The position numbers were made by a program, and so were the translations under genes. The notes under the pieces were generated by a model, which was not told the origin of the DNA, did no database searches, and saw only the letters and a list, made by a program, of their open reading frames with translations. Source: Schizochytrium sp. TIO01 (lineage: Eukaryota; Protista; Bigyra: Labyrinthulomycetes). Taken from it: 64,000 bases of DNA. This document shows, in pieces, positions 1 to 11,506 of this stretch; position 1 is the stretch's first letter, and every line of letters begins with the position of its first letter. Where the stretch lies: the NCBI GenBank assembly GCA_004764695.1, contig SMSO01000014.1, positions 801,648-865,647 on the forward strand, given 5' to 3'.

Positions 1-1
1 A

Positions 2-286
2 TGCGCTCTCGCAGTTCTAGAGAACTCGTTTGCGTTGACCTTAGAAGACAACGACATTTCTCTTCGTGGAGCAAGCTCTCGCAAGCTCTTTAGCAAAGAT
101 GATGGTATTATTATTGGCCTTGTCTTCGGCTTCGTTGCGATTGTTGCAATTCTGATTGTTCTTACGCGCTTCAGCGATGACACCAAATACTACAGGAACA
201 GCCCCGAGGCTGTGCCCCCCCTGTCACGCAAGCACCATGGAGAACAAACAGTAGGTAGCCCGGCTTACCGCGATGACTTGCTATAA
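2..286 (+). CDS. Small single-pass membrane protein, 5'-truncated by the window edge (cluster member 1)
   Basis: Frame is open from base 2: CALAVLENSFALTLEDNDISLRGASSRKLFSKDD, then a hydrophobic helix GIIIGLVFGFVAIVAILIVLT, then a short tail and TAA at 284-286. Confidence 0.7.
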   Translation, partial: CALAVLENSFALTLEDNDISLRGASSRKLFSKDDGIIIGLVFGFVAIVAILIVLTRFSDDTKYYRNSPEAVPPLSRKHHGEQTVGSPAYRDDLL

Positions 287-1757
287 AAGTATACACTCCA
301 CTTTATTTGTGCTTCTGAGCACTCACACCGCTGTTCCTTACTGTTGTTGTTTGAATTTCTATAATAAGCTCATTTTATTGACCAATTTTAGGATCTTGTT
401 TATACCTCAATTTTCTTTCGTAGCGTCGTTTCTTGAATCTGTTCACCAAAATCTATGAAGTACGGGTTCCTTTAATTTGATGACTCACTACCTTTTAATA
501 AGCAACGTCGAGAGTTAATTCGGTATATCAAATCTATATTTTGATTCTTCGATTCGTGCCACACCGTTGTTTCATTGCACAGAAACGTGGCATCTCAAAG
601 CAATCTTTGTGACCTTCACTAGGATATTCTTGCTTTAGCAGCTTCATTCAATGCTTGGCAACTGTGATATCTCTTTTTGGTCTAGAATGTAGTCAAAGTC
701 TGCCCAGATTAGAAGAAAGGTTTGGGCAGTTGCTGCTTTATTTCTTTTTTTGAGCGAAATTGAAAAGGGGATATTCCAGCAGCAATAAACTTTTATGTAT
801 CAACTACTAAAAGAAGGGCTGGTGTCGTTGCTGTGAAGTGCTAATTTACCTCTTTTGTAAATGAGTTTGTCTCACGCACTGTAATCTTTGAACTGCAAAA
901 GAATAGGTAGGTGCATTAAATCTGTCTTTTAGGCCTCCCAATTTTTTTCCTTTTAATTTATTTTTTCTTAATGCCATTACATTGTGGTAATAAGAATGGC
1001 ATGTGTGCAGAATCCCTCTGTGCAACTCATAAGCGAACTTCGAATGGCCCAAGCTCTTCTTTTGTAATCAATACTTGCGCGTTCATCTGGTGCAAAAAGA
1101 TCGGCAAGATGCTGAACGGTTCCTACAGCACTGGACATCAGTACTGCAAACAAGTTTGTATACCTAAATACATTGAAAATAGTAGACAAGGAGCGTCTTT
1201 TCCTGCCTACGATACGTTTGGACGCAGTCGACCTAACCTATTCCGAATCAATAGTAAAAGCCCAAAAGACAAGCTTTTGTCTTTCAATATTCCTTTGAAA
1301 GTACGCTTTTAGAACTCCACAGAAAAACAAAAAACAAAAAAGAAAAATACGAGCAGCCATCGGAACTAGATCATTGCTCTTTATAACTCAGCACATATGT
1401 CACAGTTCTAGCAAGGCACAAAACACCTCTTTCTAATGCTCTGTATATTGATTGTGCTTATTAACTCGAAAAGTGTCATTTGATACTGTAAGCACTTTCG
1501 AGAAAGTCTTTATGGACCGAATTACACACGTGCTCAGGATTCAGTGTTTCTTCAGTATTGACACCTATAAGCATAATCAAAGAAAGTACATTGAAAATTA
1601 CTTGGCAGAAAATGGCTCATGTCTAGAGGGGCTTTGTTTCTTTCTGTGAAAAAGCAAATCTCAAATCAAAGCAAGCGTACTCACTGCGGCCTCGTATCTC
1701 TTTGAGTTTGTATGAATCATTTAAGGAAAGGAGCAAAGTCCTCTAGTTAGCGGAAGA

Positions 1758-2324
1758 ATGAATACCACAGAGGGCCCCCAAACGCAAGAGACCTTGGTTT
1801 CAATCGAACATCAAGCTATGCGGCTTCTTGATGACTCGACCACAAGTACTTTCGGAAATTCCATTCCAATTGTTGTAGGTTGTATTGCTGGATTGCTTGT
1901 TCTGATTGCAGTCGTGGCTTGCTGCTTGAATCAAAGCTTTCCTCGTCAAACTGATGCAAGAGGACTTCCTGTTGCGACTGAAGTTACTGGCACGACTAGT
2001 ACAGTTGCTATTACAGGCAATGGATCAATTATTCAACCTCGCTCCAATGCAACCATGCGAATGATTAATGCTGAGAGATACGGGGATAATCATATGCAAC
2101 AACTTGCAATTGCAAGTGCAGCAAGTGCCGCTACTGGAGTATTGTTTGGTGTTGGCAATACTTTACTGACTCCAGCAGGTTTGAACCCCTTATCAACTGG
2201 TTTAACTGATAGTGTCATTACTCCAGCTAGTGATCCTTCAGTATTTGGTTGTGACAACGACCCTAGTGCTGCAGCTAGTTTCTGCTCTGATGTGTTTGGC
2301 AGTAACAACCCTAATTTCAGCTGA
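1758..2324 (+). CDS. Single-pass membrane protein, 188 aa (cluster member 2)
   Basis: ATG-started ORF; RLLDD motif, TM IPIVVGCIAGLLVLIAVVACCL with juxtamembrane Cys pair, LPVATEV motif, low-complexity tail. Confidence 0.75.
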   Translation: MNTTEGPQTQETLVSIEHQAMRLLDDSTTSTFGNSIPIVVGCIAGLLVLIAVVACCLNQSFPRQTDARGLPVATEVTGTTSTVAITGNGSIIQPRSNATMRMINAERYGDNHMQQLAIASAASAATGVLFGVGNTLLTPAGLNPLSTGLTDSVITPASDPSVFGCDNDPSAAASFCSDVFGSNNPNFS

Positions 2325-4872
2325 CAAAGGCGGTATAGATCTAAATGCAGCGTTCAACAGCACCTTTCCATTATATATATTCCATCTACTTACTATCCTT
2401 TAAGCAAACCTGGCTTCGCATACATATGACAGTCGAGTTCTGAGGAGAGAGGCGTTGCATATGTAAAAGACCTCACCTGTCAGAATTTGAAGGTAATAAC
2501 TGATGACTTGGGACACATTATAAAGCTCTTACGTTCTGTTTGCAATGTATAGAGCTTACCGCTACCTCTTGCATGAGTCTAAATATATGTGTGCTGGTTC
2601 TCCTCAGTAAGATGGTTTGAGTTTTAGCTGGCGTGAAACTAATCCAGATATAGTCTTACTCAACACTCTGACAAATACCAATTTGGAATCTCTTAAATAT
2701 GGCAGACGTGAGTGGAACTTGGTCACAATTTGTCTTATATGATCCAGACTTTTTAAAGTCAAAAAGTTCATTGATGAGGCTAGCCCTTTGCATGTTTGGA
2801 AAGTCTGTGATACAGAGCCAAAAGACTATTTCTGTATTCTTATTGAGGTTAACGCCTGCTAAACAGATTAACGTTACCTTGGTTAGATCAGTGCTGGAAC
2901 GAATAAAGAAATGGATGCCAAATGAAATTTTAAATTTAATGATATTTCCTATATATACATTTTATAAACTGATAGAAGCTGCAATGGTTTTGCAAATATT
3001 TTTCGCTTCTGTTCTGAAAAGATGATGTTTAGTTCTCTGCCATATAATACTTTTTCGCATGTTAGGCAAATGTTTTGAAACAACGTTTTAAATATATTGG
3101 TATATAGGCAGGAATACATTAGTGATTGAGATCATTTTAAAACACAAAAAATGCACAGCTTGCTGATAATACTCGCTTCTAACTAGCTCACATTGTGAAA
3201 TAGATGGCTGGTGAGATTTAAAACCAGCTCAACGGGGGGGCATACCCTTGCGGTTGACCTCCCTACCCCTCGCTCGGGTTGGGTAGAGTTTGCGAATCTG
3301 AGCGAGAGGTTCTCGGGTGTTCCCAGTGCATTATAAAGTTCTTTTTATGTACCTACTTGAGTACCTGTATGAGCACCGGGCGATTCTGCTGGCTGCTTTC
3401 AAATTCGTGCTGGGCGCAAGGTTTATTGCGTGATTAAAACATCTTACGAATGTAAGCATCTCAAGCAATACAACCAATTACGCAGGGAAGAATGCTAGCC
3501 GAATGTCTTCCTCGAGTACGATTAGTAGAGAAGAGTTGCTAGGTATGTCAAGTATGTTGATATCTTCGATTTTAAAATGTTTAACTTAACCCAAGTAACA
3601 TTGACTCTTGATAGTAAAAATACGTAGTTGAAGGGCTGTAATTAGTTTACAGAAGTAACAACACAAACGAAAGCAGTATGGTATATGGGGGTGTGAAATC
3701 GTCCTAGGATATCTTACAATGACCTACAAATAATTCATAATAGGCAGAAACAACTCAAGCAAAGGTATTCTCTGTAAAAGCCTCTGACTGGCGAGAGTTA
3801 TCTGATGTTCCCATCTGCTCGCAAAAGTACACAGATCAACTTTGAGTTTTCGTCGCTCAAACTGGGCAAATTTAAAAGGTTTCACTAGAAGCCAGTCAAC
3901 TGACGAACGGAAAAGGTTGGGGAATCTGCAAGGCTTGTGTCAGATCACAGCTTTTTAAGTGAAGGTATCACAATTTGCTATATATTCCAGGGAGACAAGA
4001 CGGATGCAACCACGCAACTTTACTTTGGTCAAAGAGAGTCTTAAAGACTTTAAGGATTAAAGGCTAAACGGAGGTTCGTAGGTCCTTTAAGCTGACCGGC
4101 TGGAATTGCACACAATCCAGAGCAGCAATTCCACTAGCCAAAGCGTAGTCCGATTCTTTAATCAGAACGGTAGTCAACTTCAAGAAAAAATGAAACTAAT
4201 ACCAGTCCAGGAACATCTGCGCATCAGCAAGCCATTAAGAGAGTCCTCGCCCCCTTTGTCTCTCTGTATAGTGCTACCAAAATCCTTAGCTGAAAAGTGC
4301 AGCGCCAAGATTCAATAGACTGACACACCCAGCGCCTAGAGACACTCCAATTGACAAAGAATGGCAGGTGTACGAAATACCCTCAAATTTGTTCACACAA
4401 TGTTAAACTGTACGACTTCAGAGCCATACATTCTTGATCAAACTCAGGAAAACAAGGATCCCTTAAGTTGGTTTCCAAAGAATAAAAGAAGCAATGCTGC
4501 ATTGAGGTGTGTGACCTAGCTGGAAATTAAAAGTGTGAAGAAAACTTTTATCATGTTACTTCGGAGATACTATGAGTACGCGTGCGTCCATACTTCGTGA
4601 ACATCCTTTGGGACATCCATAAGTTTTCAGTAACATGGATGCTGGTCCAATAAATGTTCTCACTTATGAAGATCTGAGGTAAGCCCAAGTCTCACTACAT
4701 AGCTATAGCAGCAGGATATTGGGTAGCCAACTTGGACACCGTACCACTTCATCAGTTTGTCGGACTACTCAGCAAAACCGGAATCTCCACGAAATATTGG
4801 CAAAGCGAATTTACGAGGCTAGAGTTGTCATATCATAGCCATCCCAGTTTCCTGCGGTGGAAACAATTCATA

Positions 4873-5496
4873 ATGGTTTCACTGAGGGAGTCTCTGGCTC
4901 AAAACATTGACCTCCGAGGCAGGAAACTATTTGACCCCATAGATTCGATATTCATTGTAATACCTATCGTAATTTTCTTGATTGGGATATGTTTCATGTG
5001 TTTCGTATTCTGCATACGTCGGAAGATGATCAATTATGCAGTTTCCACTGGTCATGGCTACGACGCGCAAATGGATCAACAAACTAATTTGCCAACAGCT
5101 ACAATTGTTGGAGCAGGAAAGAATTCTCAGACTGGTATTGCAACAGGTAGAACGGGTCTCCAGAGCGGTATTGCAACAGGTGGAATGGGTCTCCAGACTG
5201 GTATTGCAACAGGTGGAATGACTGGATTTGGTGGGGGGCTGGCCATGTCTGGAGGAGGTAATATGTCACATTTTGGTGGAATCCATCGAGCCGGTGGCTT
5301 CGGCAGTAACGGTTACAACTGGAGCAGTGAAGGAGACAGCTTCAACAGCGAAGGCTTTAGCTCCAGCAGTGGAGGCTTTAGCTCCAGCAGTGGAGGCTTT
5401 AGCTCCAGCAGTGGAGGCATTAGCTCCAGCAGTGGAGGCATTAGCTCCAGCAGTGGAGGCGGCGGCTTCAGCAGTGGAGGTTGTGGAAGTGATTAA
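4873..5496 (+). CDS. Single-pass membrane protein with Gly/Ser-rich repetitive tail, 207 aa (cluster member 3)
   Basis: First in-frame ATG at 4873 (MVSLRES...DLRGRKLFD), TM IFIVIPIVIFLIGICFMCFVFCI, basic RRK, LPTATIV, then GFSSSSG repeats. Paralog at 8593. Confidence 0.75.
   Translation: MVSLRESLAQNIDLRGRKLFDPIDSIFIVIPIVIFLIGICFMCFVFCIRRKMINYAVSTGHGYDAQMDQQTNLPTATIVGAGKNSQTGIATGRTGLQSGIATGGMGLQTGIATGGMTGFGGGLAMSGGGNMSHFGGIHRAGGFGSNGYNWSSEGDSFNSEGFSSSSGGFSSSSGGFSSSSGGISSSSGGISSSSGGGGFSSGGCGSD
5128..5226 (+). repeat. 33-bp coding tandem repeat x3 (QTGIATGxxGL)
   Basis: CAGACTGGTATTGCAACAGGT... units at 5128, 5161 and 5194; the paralog has one unit. Confidence 0.85.
5352..5460 (+). repeat. 21-bp coding tandem repeat x5 (G[F/I]SSSSG)
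   Basis: GGC(T/A)TTAGCTCCAGCAGTGGA units; four variant units in the paralog at about 8959-9043. Confidence 0.9.
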
Positions 5497-7941
5497 AGCT
5501 TTCCTCAATAAATAATCGTGTTTCTAAATGTCTCATTCCGCGTTGTTGAGAACATATAAGCCGATGTAAACTTAGTGAGTTTCTTGAAAGGAGTAGCTAG
5601 CAATTTGAGTCTCAACAAATTTGTTTTCACTTCTTGAATTTGTAGTAAACATGCAAACAACACAACAAATCAGCGGAGTAATTTGTTTTGCATCAGCAAC
5701 CACTTAATTTATTTCTAGATTGAGGCTGATCTAGATTTTGGTATTCATAAATTTTCACAGAACAATAATGAGAGCTCCGCGTCTCCTAATTTTTTAAAAC
5801 TATGTTTGAAAATCAGAACGACATACTACTAAGTACCCGCAGATCTTATCAATCGATTTTTTCTACTGATCTATAAGCCAGTATTCATGTTGCAACCAAA
5901 AATTGTTTGCGAGATATATGGTCATCTGAACCCAGCGCCTTCACTTATTGCGTTGTATATTAATCTTTTAAAACCCATCTTGACATCTAGAGGAATGACT
6001 GATTCTAGAGAAGTCCATGTCTTAACAGCAAAAAATAGCATAAGTAATAAAAACCCCAATAATTTTTGAAACGCGCACTTGCCTGCCGAAATGTACTGAC
6101 AGTAGAGAAACGATCTAAACTGTCCTTCAAGTGCAGCCGCGGTCCGATGCAGACTGCTTCTCATACAAAATTGATTCAAGCTTCTCCGTACCAGGTACCA
6201 GGCGATTTTCTAGGTGATTAGCTTAAGTGCAATTTGCTGTTTGTTGCCTTACTTTCTTCGAACATCTGAGGGTGAAGATTTCCAATTCTGATTTGGGTGA
6301 ACTTCTAGGGCAGAATTCAGGTGAATTCTTCGCAAGGTCCCACCATACAGAGCTGGACTTTGATACTGGACTCTTTGATGTTCAACTTGAAGTCTGGAAT
6401 AAACTCATCTAGGTTGAATGTGAAGACATTAGTTGTCCCAAGCTTGGCCGAACACTCAAGCACCGGCTATGCTGTAACTTGTAAGACCTGAGCATAGCTG
6501 AGTACCTAGCACAAGTGCAGGCGCAGGGGAAGAGAGTTGTTTTTAGTGGACTTGGGGTTGGTAAAGTCTCTGACCGGGCCTCCTCCCAGACTCGGAGCCT
6601 TCTTCTGAATTTCTACGAGTAAGAGTAGCCTGACTACCTAACGAGGCACATCTGCTATGCTGACGTGAGCTCCAAAAAGGAATTCGCGGGGGGGAGGGGG
6701 GGAGAGAACATAGGAGAGAACAGGCGAAATTATGGGGTACGTTCTTCTTCTCACAAAAAGATTGTGTTGGCGAGTTTTCTGATATGCATTTTATAACATA
6801 AATGGTTTTTACTGTGGGATGTGATATGTATGACATTTAGCTTTAAATCTAAAAGTCTTTATGAATTTTGTTGCTGGTTTTAGCAAGAACACCCAGTGAT
6901 GACTCTCCTCTATTCCCACTGAAAATATTTAAGTCTACTGCCACTGGGTGTCCTCACAAGGTATATACAATAGAACTTTGTAGTTGGACTATAACAATGG
7001 TTGTATTTGCATATTGAAATCACATAGAAACTAATACCAGACTATTCTCAACAATTTGTGAACGTTGCCAAAGCGACCTAGGTTTCTGCGCTTGGACGAT
7101 CAAAATGACGCATATTAGATAAGTGAACGAAAGGCGTTTTGGATAGTAAAGTATTTCCTGGTTTTGAGATATTGATTTAAAGACTTAATTACTTCATAAA
7201 TAAATAAGCAATCCAGGAAAGCAAGCAATTTTAAGCATATTCTCAAAACTCTTGGGACCCATCCAAACAGATTGTTTGAGGTTCTTGCCTTATTTGCTTT
7301 ACTACTTTGGAGTATTTTGACAAAGGAGCACACTTAAAGATACTGATTCCTCTATAAATGGCCAGGTGATTCACAGCAGCTTCTGAACTTCAGTTGATAT
7401 GAATACAATGTAGTCTCGACCTCATTTTGATCTTTATCTGCCATCCAAGTAGACGGAGTATCGCTAGAATGGATCCTCGCATAAAGAGTTCGGAAGATGA
7501 AAGATCATACTGAGAAATCATTAAAATGACATGAAGTGAGGCTCCTCTGCATTGTTCTCGTGATTTTTTGGATTCGATATAGTAGCTTTGAGTGAAATTT
7601 ACAGAAGGAAAAGTGGGAAGCCTATATGCATTGACGTGCCTCTATCTCATGGATTTGCTGATTGAATATCAACTGGAAAGTCTTAACAATCTAGAATTTA
7701 AGAAGTGCTACTATTTTGCTTGTGGACTCTTCAACTCTACATAGCAAATCTTCAATTATGTGCAGTAAAGTGGGATAGATCTTAATGGTTTTGTTAGTAC
7801 ATCACATGTTTGAGTAAACTAGCCAGGGATGAAGAGGCCAGAACATCAAGTTAAACTGCTTGCAGAAATTACATGTTTGATTCTTGGTTGGTTTAGAACA
7901 GAACATATTTCTATATATACTACATACTATCCAAAATAATG

Positions 7942-10217
7942 GCCATTAAGAGAGTCCTTGCCCCCTTGTCTCTCTGTGTAATGCTTCCAAAATCCTTAGC
8001 TGAAAAGTGCAGTGCCAAGATTCAAGAGACTAACACACCCAGCGTCTAGAGACACTCCGACTGACAAAGACTATGGCAGGTGTACGAAATACCCTTAAAT
8101 TTGTTCACACAATGTTAAACTGTACGACTTCGGAGCCATACATTCTTGATCAAACGCAGAAAAACAAGGACCCCTTAAGCTGGTTTCCAAAGAATAAAAA
8201 ACAATGCTGCATTGAGGTGTGTGACCTAGCTGGAAATTAAAAGTGTGAAGAAAACTTTTATCATGTTACTTCGGAGATACTATGAGTACGCGTGCGTCCA
8301 TACTTCGTGAACATCCTTTGGGACATCCATAAGTTTTCAGTAACATGGATGCTGGTCCAATAAATGTTCTCACTTATGAAGATCTGAGGTAAGCCCAAGT
8401 CTCACTACATAGCTATAGCAGCAGGATATTGGGTAGCCAACTTGGACACCGTACCACTTCATCAGTTTGTCGGACTACTCAGCAAAACCGGAATCTCCAC
8501 GAAATATTGGCGAAGCGAAGTTACGAGGCTAGAGTTGTCATATCATAGCATCATATCATAGCCATCCCAGTTTCCTGCGGCGGAAGCAATTCATGATGGC
8601 TTCACTGAGAGGGATTCTGGCTCAAGACATTGACCGGAACACGAGAATAGTTGCAATAATTCAGATAACCATCGCAGCATCTTTCGTTATTTTGATTGTT
8701 GTCATAGGCTGCATATGCCGACAACGGAGGAGGAACCAATCTGCGCTTTCCACTGGTCATGGCTACGACGCGCAAATGGATCAACAAACTAATTTGCCAA
8801 CAGCTACAATTGTTGGAGCAGGAAAGAATTCTCACACTGGTCATGCAACAGGTGGAATGTCTGGAGTTAGTGGGGGGTTGGCCAGGTCTAGAGGAGGTAA
8901 TATGTCGCACCTTGGTGGAATCCATCGAGCCGGTGGCTTCGGCAGCTCTAGTTTTGGAGGCATTAGCTCCAGCACTGGAGGCTTTAGCTCCAGAACTGGA
9001 GGCATTAGCTCCAGCAGTGGAGGCATGAGCTCCAGCAGTGGAGGCGGCGGCTTCAGCAGTGGAGGTTGTGGAGGCATTTAACGTTTCCTCAATAAAGAAT
9101 CGTGTTTCTAAATGTCTCATTCCGTGTTGTTGAGAACGTATAAGCCGATGTAAACTTAGTGAGTTTCTTGAAAGGAGTAGCTAGCAATTTGAGTCTCAAC
9201 AAATTTGTTTTCACTTCTTGAATTTGTAGTAAACATGCAAACAACACAACAAATCAGCGGAGTAATTTGTTTTGCATCAGCAACCACTTAATTTATTTCT
9301 AGATTAGATTTTGGTATTCATAAATTTTCACAGAACAATAATGAGAGCTCCGCGTCTCCTAATTTTTTAAAACTATGTTTGAAAATCAGAACGACATACT
9401 ACTAAGTACCCGCAGATCTTATCAATCGCTTTTTTCTACTGATCTATAAGCCAGTATTCATGTTGCAACCAAAAATTGTTTGCGAGATATATGGTCATCT
9501 GAACCCAGCGCCTTCACTCATTGCGTTGTATATTAATCTTTTAAAACCCATCTTGACATCTAGAGGTATGACTGATTCTAGAGAAGTCCATGTCTTAACA
9601 GCAAAAAATAGCATAAGTAATAAAAACCCCAATAATTTTTGAAACGCGCACTTGCCTGCCGAAATGTACTGACAGTAGAGAAACGATCTAAACTGTCCTT
9701 CAAGTGCAGCCGCGGTCCAATGCAGACTGCTTCTCATACAAAATTGATTCAAGCTTCTCCGTACCAGGTACCAGGCGATTTTCTAGGTGATTAGCTTAAG
9801 TGCAATTTGCTGTTTGTTGCCTTACTTTCTTCGAACATCTGAGGGTGAAGATTTCCAATTCTGATTTGGGTGAACTTCTAGGGCAGAATTCAGGTGAATT
9901 CTTCGCAAGGTCCCACCATACAGAGCTGGGCTTTGATACTGGACTCTTTGATGTTCAACTTGAAGTCTGGAATAAACTCATCTAGGTTGAATGTGAAGAC
10001 ATTAGTTGTCCCAAGCTTGGCCGAACATTCAAGCACCGGCTATGCTGTAACTTGTAAGACCTGAGCATAGCTGAGTACCTAGCACAAGTGCAGGCGCAGG
10101 GGAAGAGAGTTGTTTTTAGTGGACTTGGGGTTGGTAAAGTCTCTGACCGGGCCTCCTCCCAGACTCGGAGCCTTCTTCTGAATTTCTACGAGTAAGAGTA
10201 GCCTGACTACCTAACGA
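7942..10217. repeat. Tandem segmental duplication, copy 2
   Basis: Same start and end sequences as 4231..6644; long stretches identical by eye. Confidence 0.95.
8593..9081 (+). CDS. Paralog of member 3, 162 aa (cluster member 4)
   Basis: ATG ORF inside the duplicated segment; MMASLRG, TM IVAIIQITIAASFVILIVVIGCIC, RQRRR, identical STGHGYDAQMDQQTNLPTATIVGAGKNS core, Gly/Ser tail. Confidence 0.75.
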   Translation: MMASLRGILAQDIDRNTRIVAIIQITIAASFVILIVVIGCICRQRRRNQSALSTGHGYDAQMDQQTNLPTATIVGAGKNSHTGHATGGMSGVSGGLARSRGGNMSHLGGIHRAGGFGSSSFGGISSSTGGFSSRTGGISSSSGGMSSSSGGGGFSSGGCGGI

Positions 10218-11308
10218 CTTGTATCCTAGACGTAGCATAGGAGACGCTTAGCAAAGTGCAGAGAGAAGGATTGAGGAGGAGCCCGGGCAGCCCGGAGCCC
10301 AGGTGTACCTTATATATACCAGTCCTGATCAGCGAGACCTTCACAAACATGTATTACACCTTTGGCTCTGTTCGAGTTTCTACTCAAGAAAAGCGATTGC
10401 TGGTAGGAAACAGCCTCTTTCGACCTGGTGCGAGTGCTGACAACGAGAGAGGTAGCAAAGTACAAGAGTCTTCGCTCTCATTAGCGCCTTCTACCAGGTC
10501 TATAGGGTGCTCCTTAGTAAATAAATCATCGCACGTGAAAAAAACTCAGCGCGTGCACGCAGTGACATTGAAATTGACATTGGCATGAATAGAGACAGAG
10601 CCTTGAGGACGTGAGACTAAGTACGCTGGTAGCCTTGTACGGTTGGTTTTTTGCTCGTGTTCTTCAGGCTAAGGCTCAGGCTCAGGCTGGCCCTGGGGAT
10701 GCAATTTTTTGCTCGCACGCGCTAGCTTTCTGCACTCTTGAGCAGATGGCGAGGAGGCACCTCGGTGACTGCACCTGCACCGCTCCTTCCAAACTAAGAC
10801 TTCGCCATTTCCACAACTCCTATCGAAAGTCGTAGATAGCTCTAGTGCTGTTCAATGGGGCATGCTATTAGAAGACCAGGTATCTGAGGATCGCTAGTGC
10901 TCTTGTGTGGATGGTATAATAGAACCCTTATGTTTGATATGGGCCGGGAGTGTGCTCTGCTCGTCTCTTTCGTTCTTTTAGGGTGCTTTAGATCGTGCAC
11001 TGCTGCTCGCTGCACGATAGGAGATACTACCAGTATGAGTAGAAGTGGGAGCTATTTCTGCTCGGTCTTCGAGGTGCAGTGTAAGAGGTAGACTCTTATG
11101 TAAATAGTTATGAGATGCTAGCTTGATTTGGGAAAATTGCAGGTAACATAAGGGATCATGTAGTCCTTACTAGGACATTCTATTAGCTGCACCTCTGCGA
11201 GCGAGCAGGCTATCTAGCAAATCCGAAACATCGAAACTCGCCCGAGTCATTACTCTCCTAGGCAGGACTAAGCTCTCAGTTTACAAGTCTCGTACAAGTT
11301 TCGAAAAC

Positions 11309-11506
11309 ATGACGATTCTCCGTGGAAACATGCTCGACACCATCTCCTTTGTTGATAGACAACTCGGTGATGGCTACGAAACGACGCACATCGTTGGTAT
11401 GATCATCCCAATTGTCGCTGCCATTGCGTTGCTTGCATGGTTTGCCAAGTATTCGAGACCAGGCTGCTGCTCCTCTGGTGGCTCGTACCAGTACGCGCAG
11501 GCATAA
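11309..11506 (+). CDS. 65-aa single-pass microprotein (cluster member 5)
   Basis: MTILRG...DRQLGD, TM IVGMIIPIVAAIALLAWFA, basic residues and a CC pair; same architecture as the upstream members. Confidence 0.6.
   Translation: MTILRGNMLDTISFVDRQLGDGYETTHIVGMIIPIVAAIALLAWFAKYSRPGCCSSGGSYQYAQA

Larger units (their letters stand above)
4231..6644. repeat. Tandem segmental duplication, copy 1
   Basis: Begins GCCATTAAGAGAGTCC and ends GACTACCTAACGA; colinear with 7942..10217. Confidence 0.95.

Noticed and set aside
5228-5515. Alternative-frame and antisense ORFs over the 21-bp repeats (also 8602-9120), and a CRISPR-like look
   Set aside because: By-products of a stop-free coding repeat; no spacers, no cas genes, eukaryotic context.
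5887-6412. Short ORFs repeated at 9460-9985
   Set aside because: Conserved only because they lie in the recent duplication; no recognisable domain.
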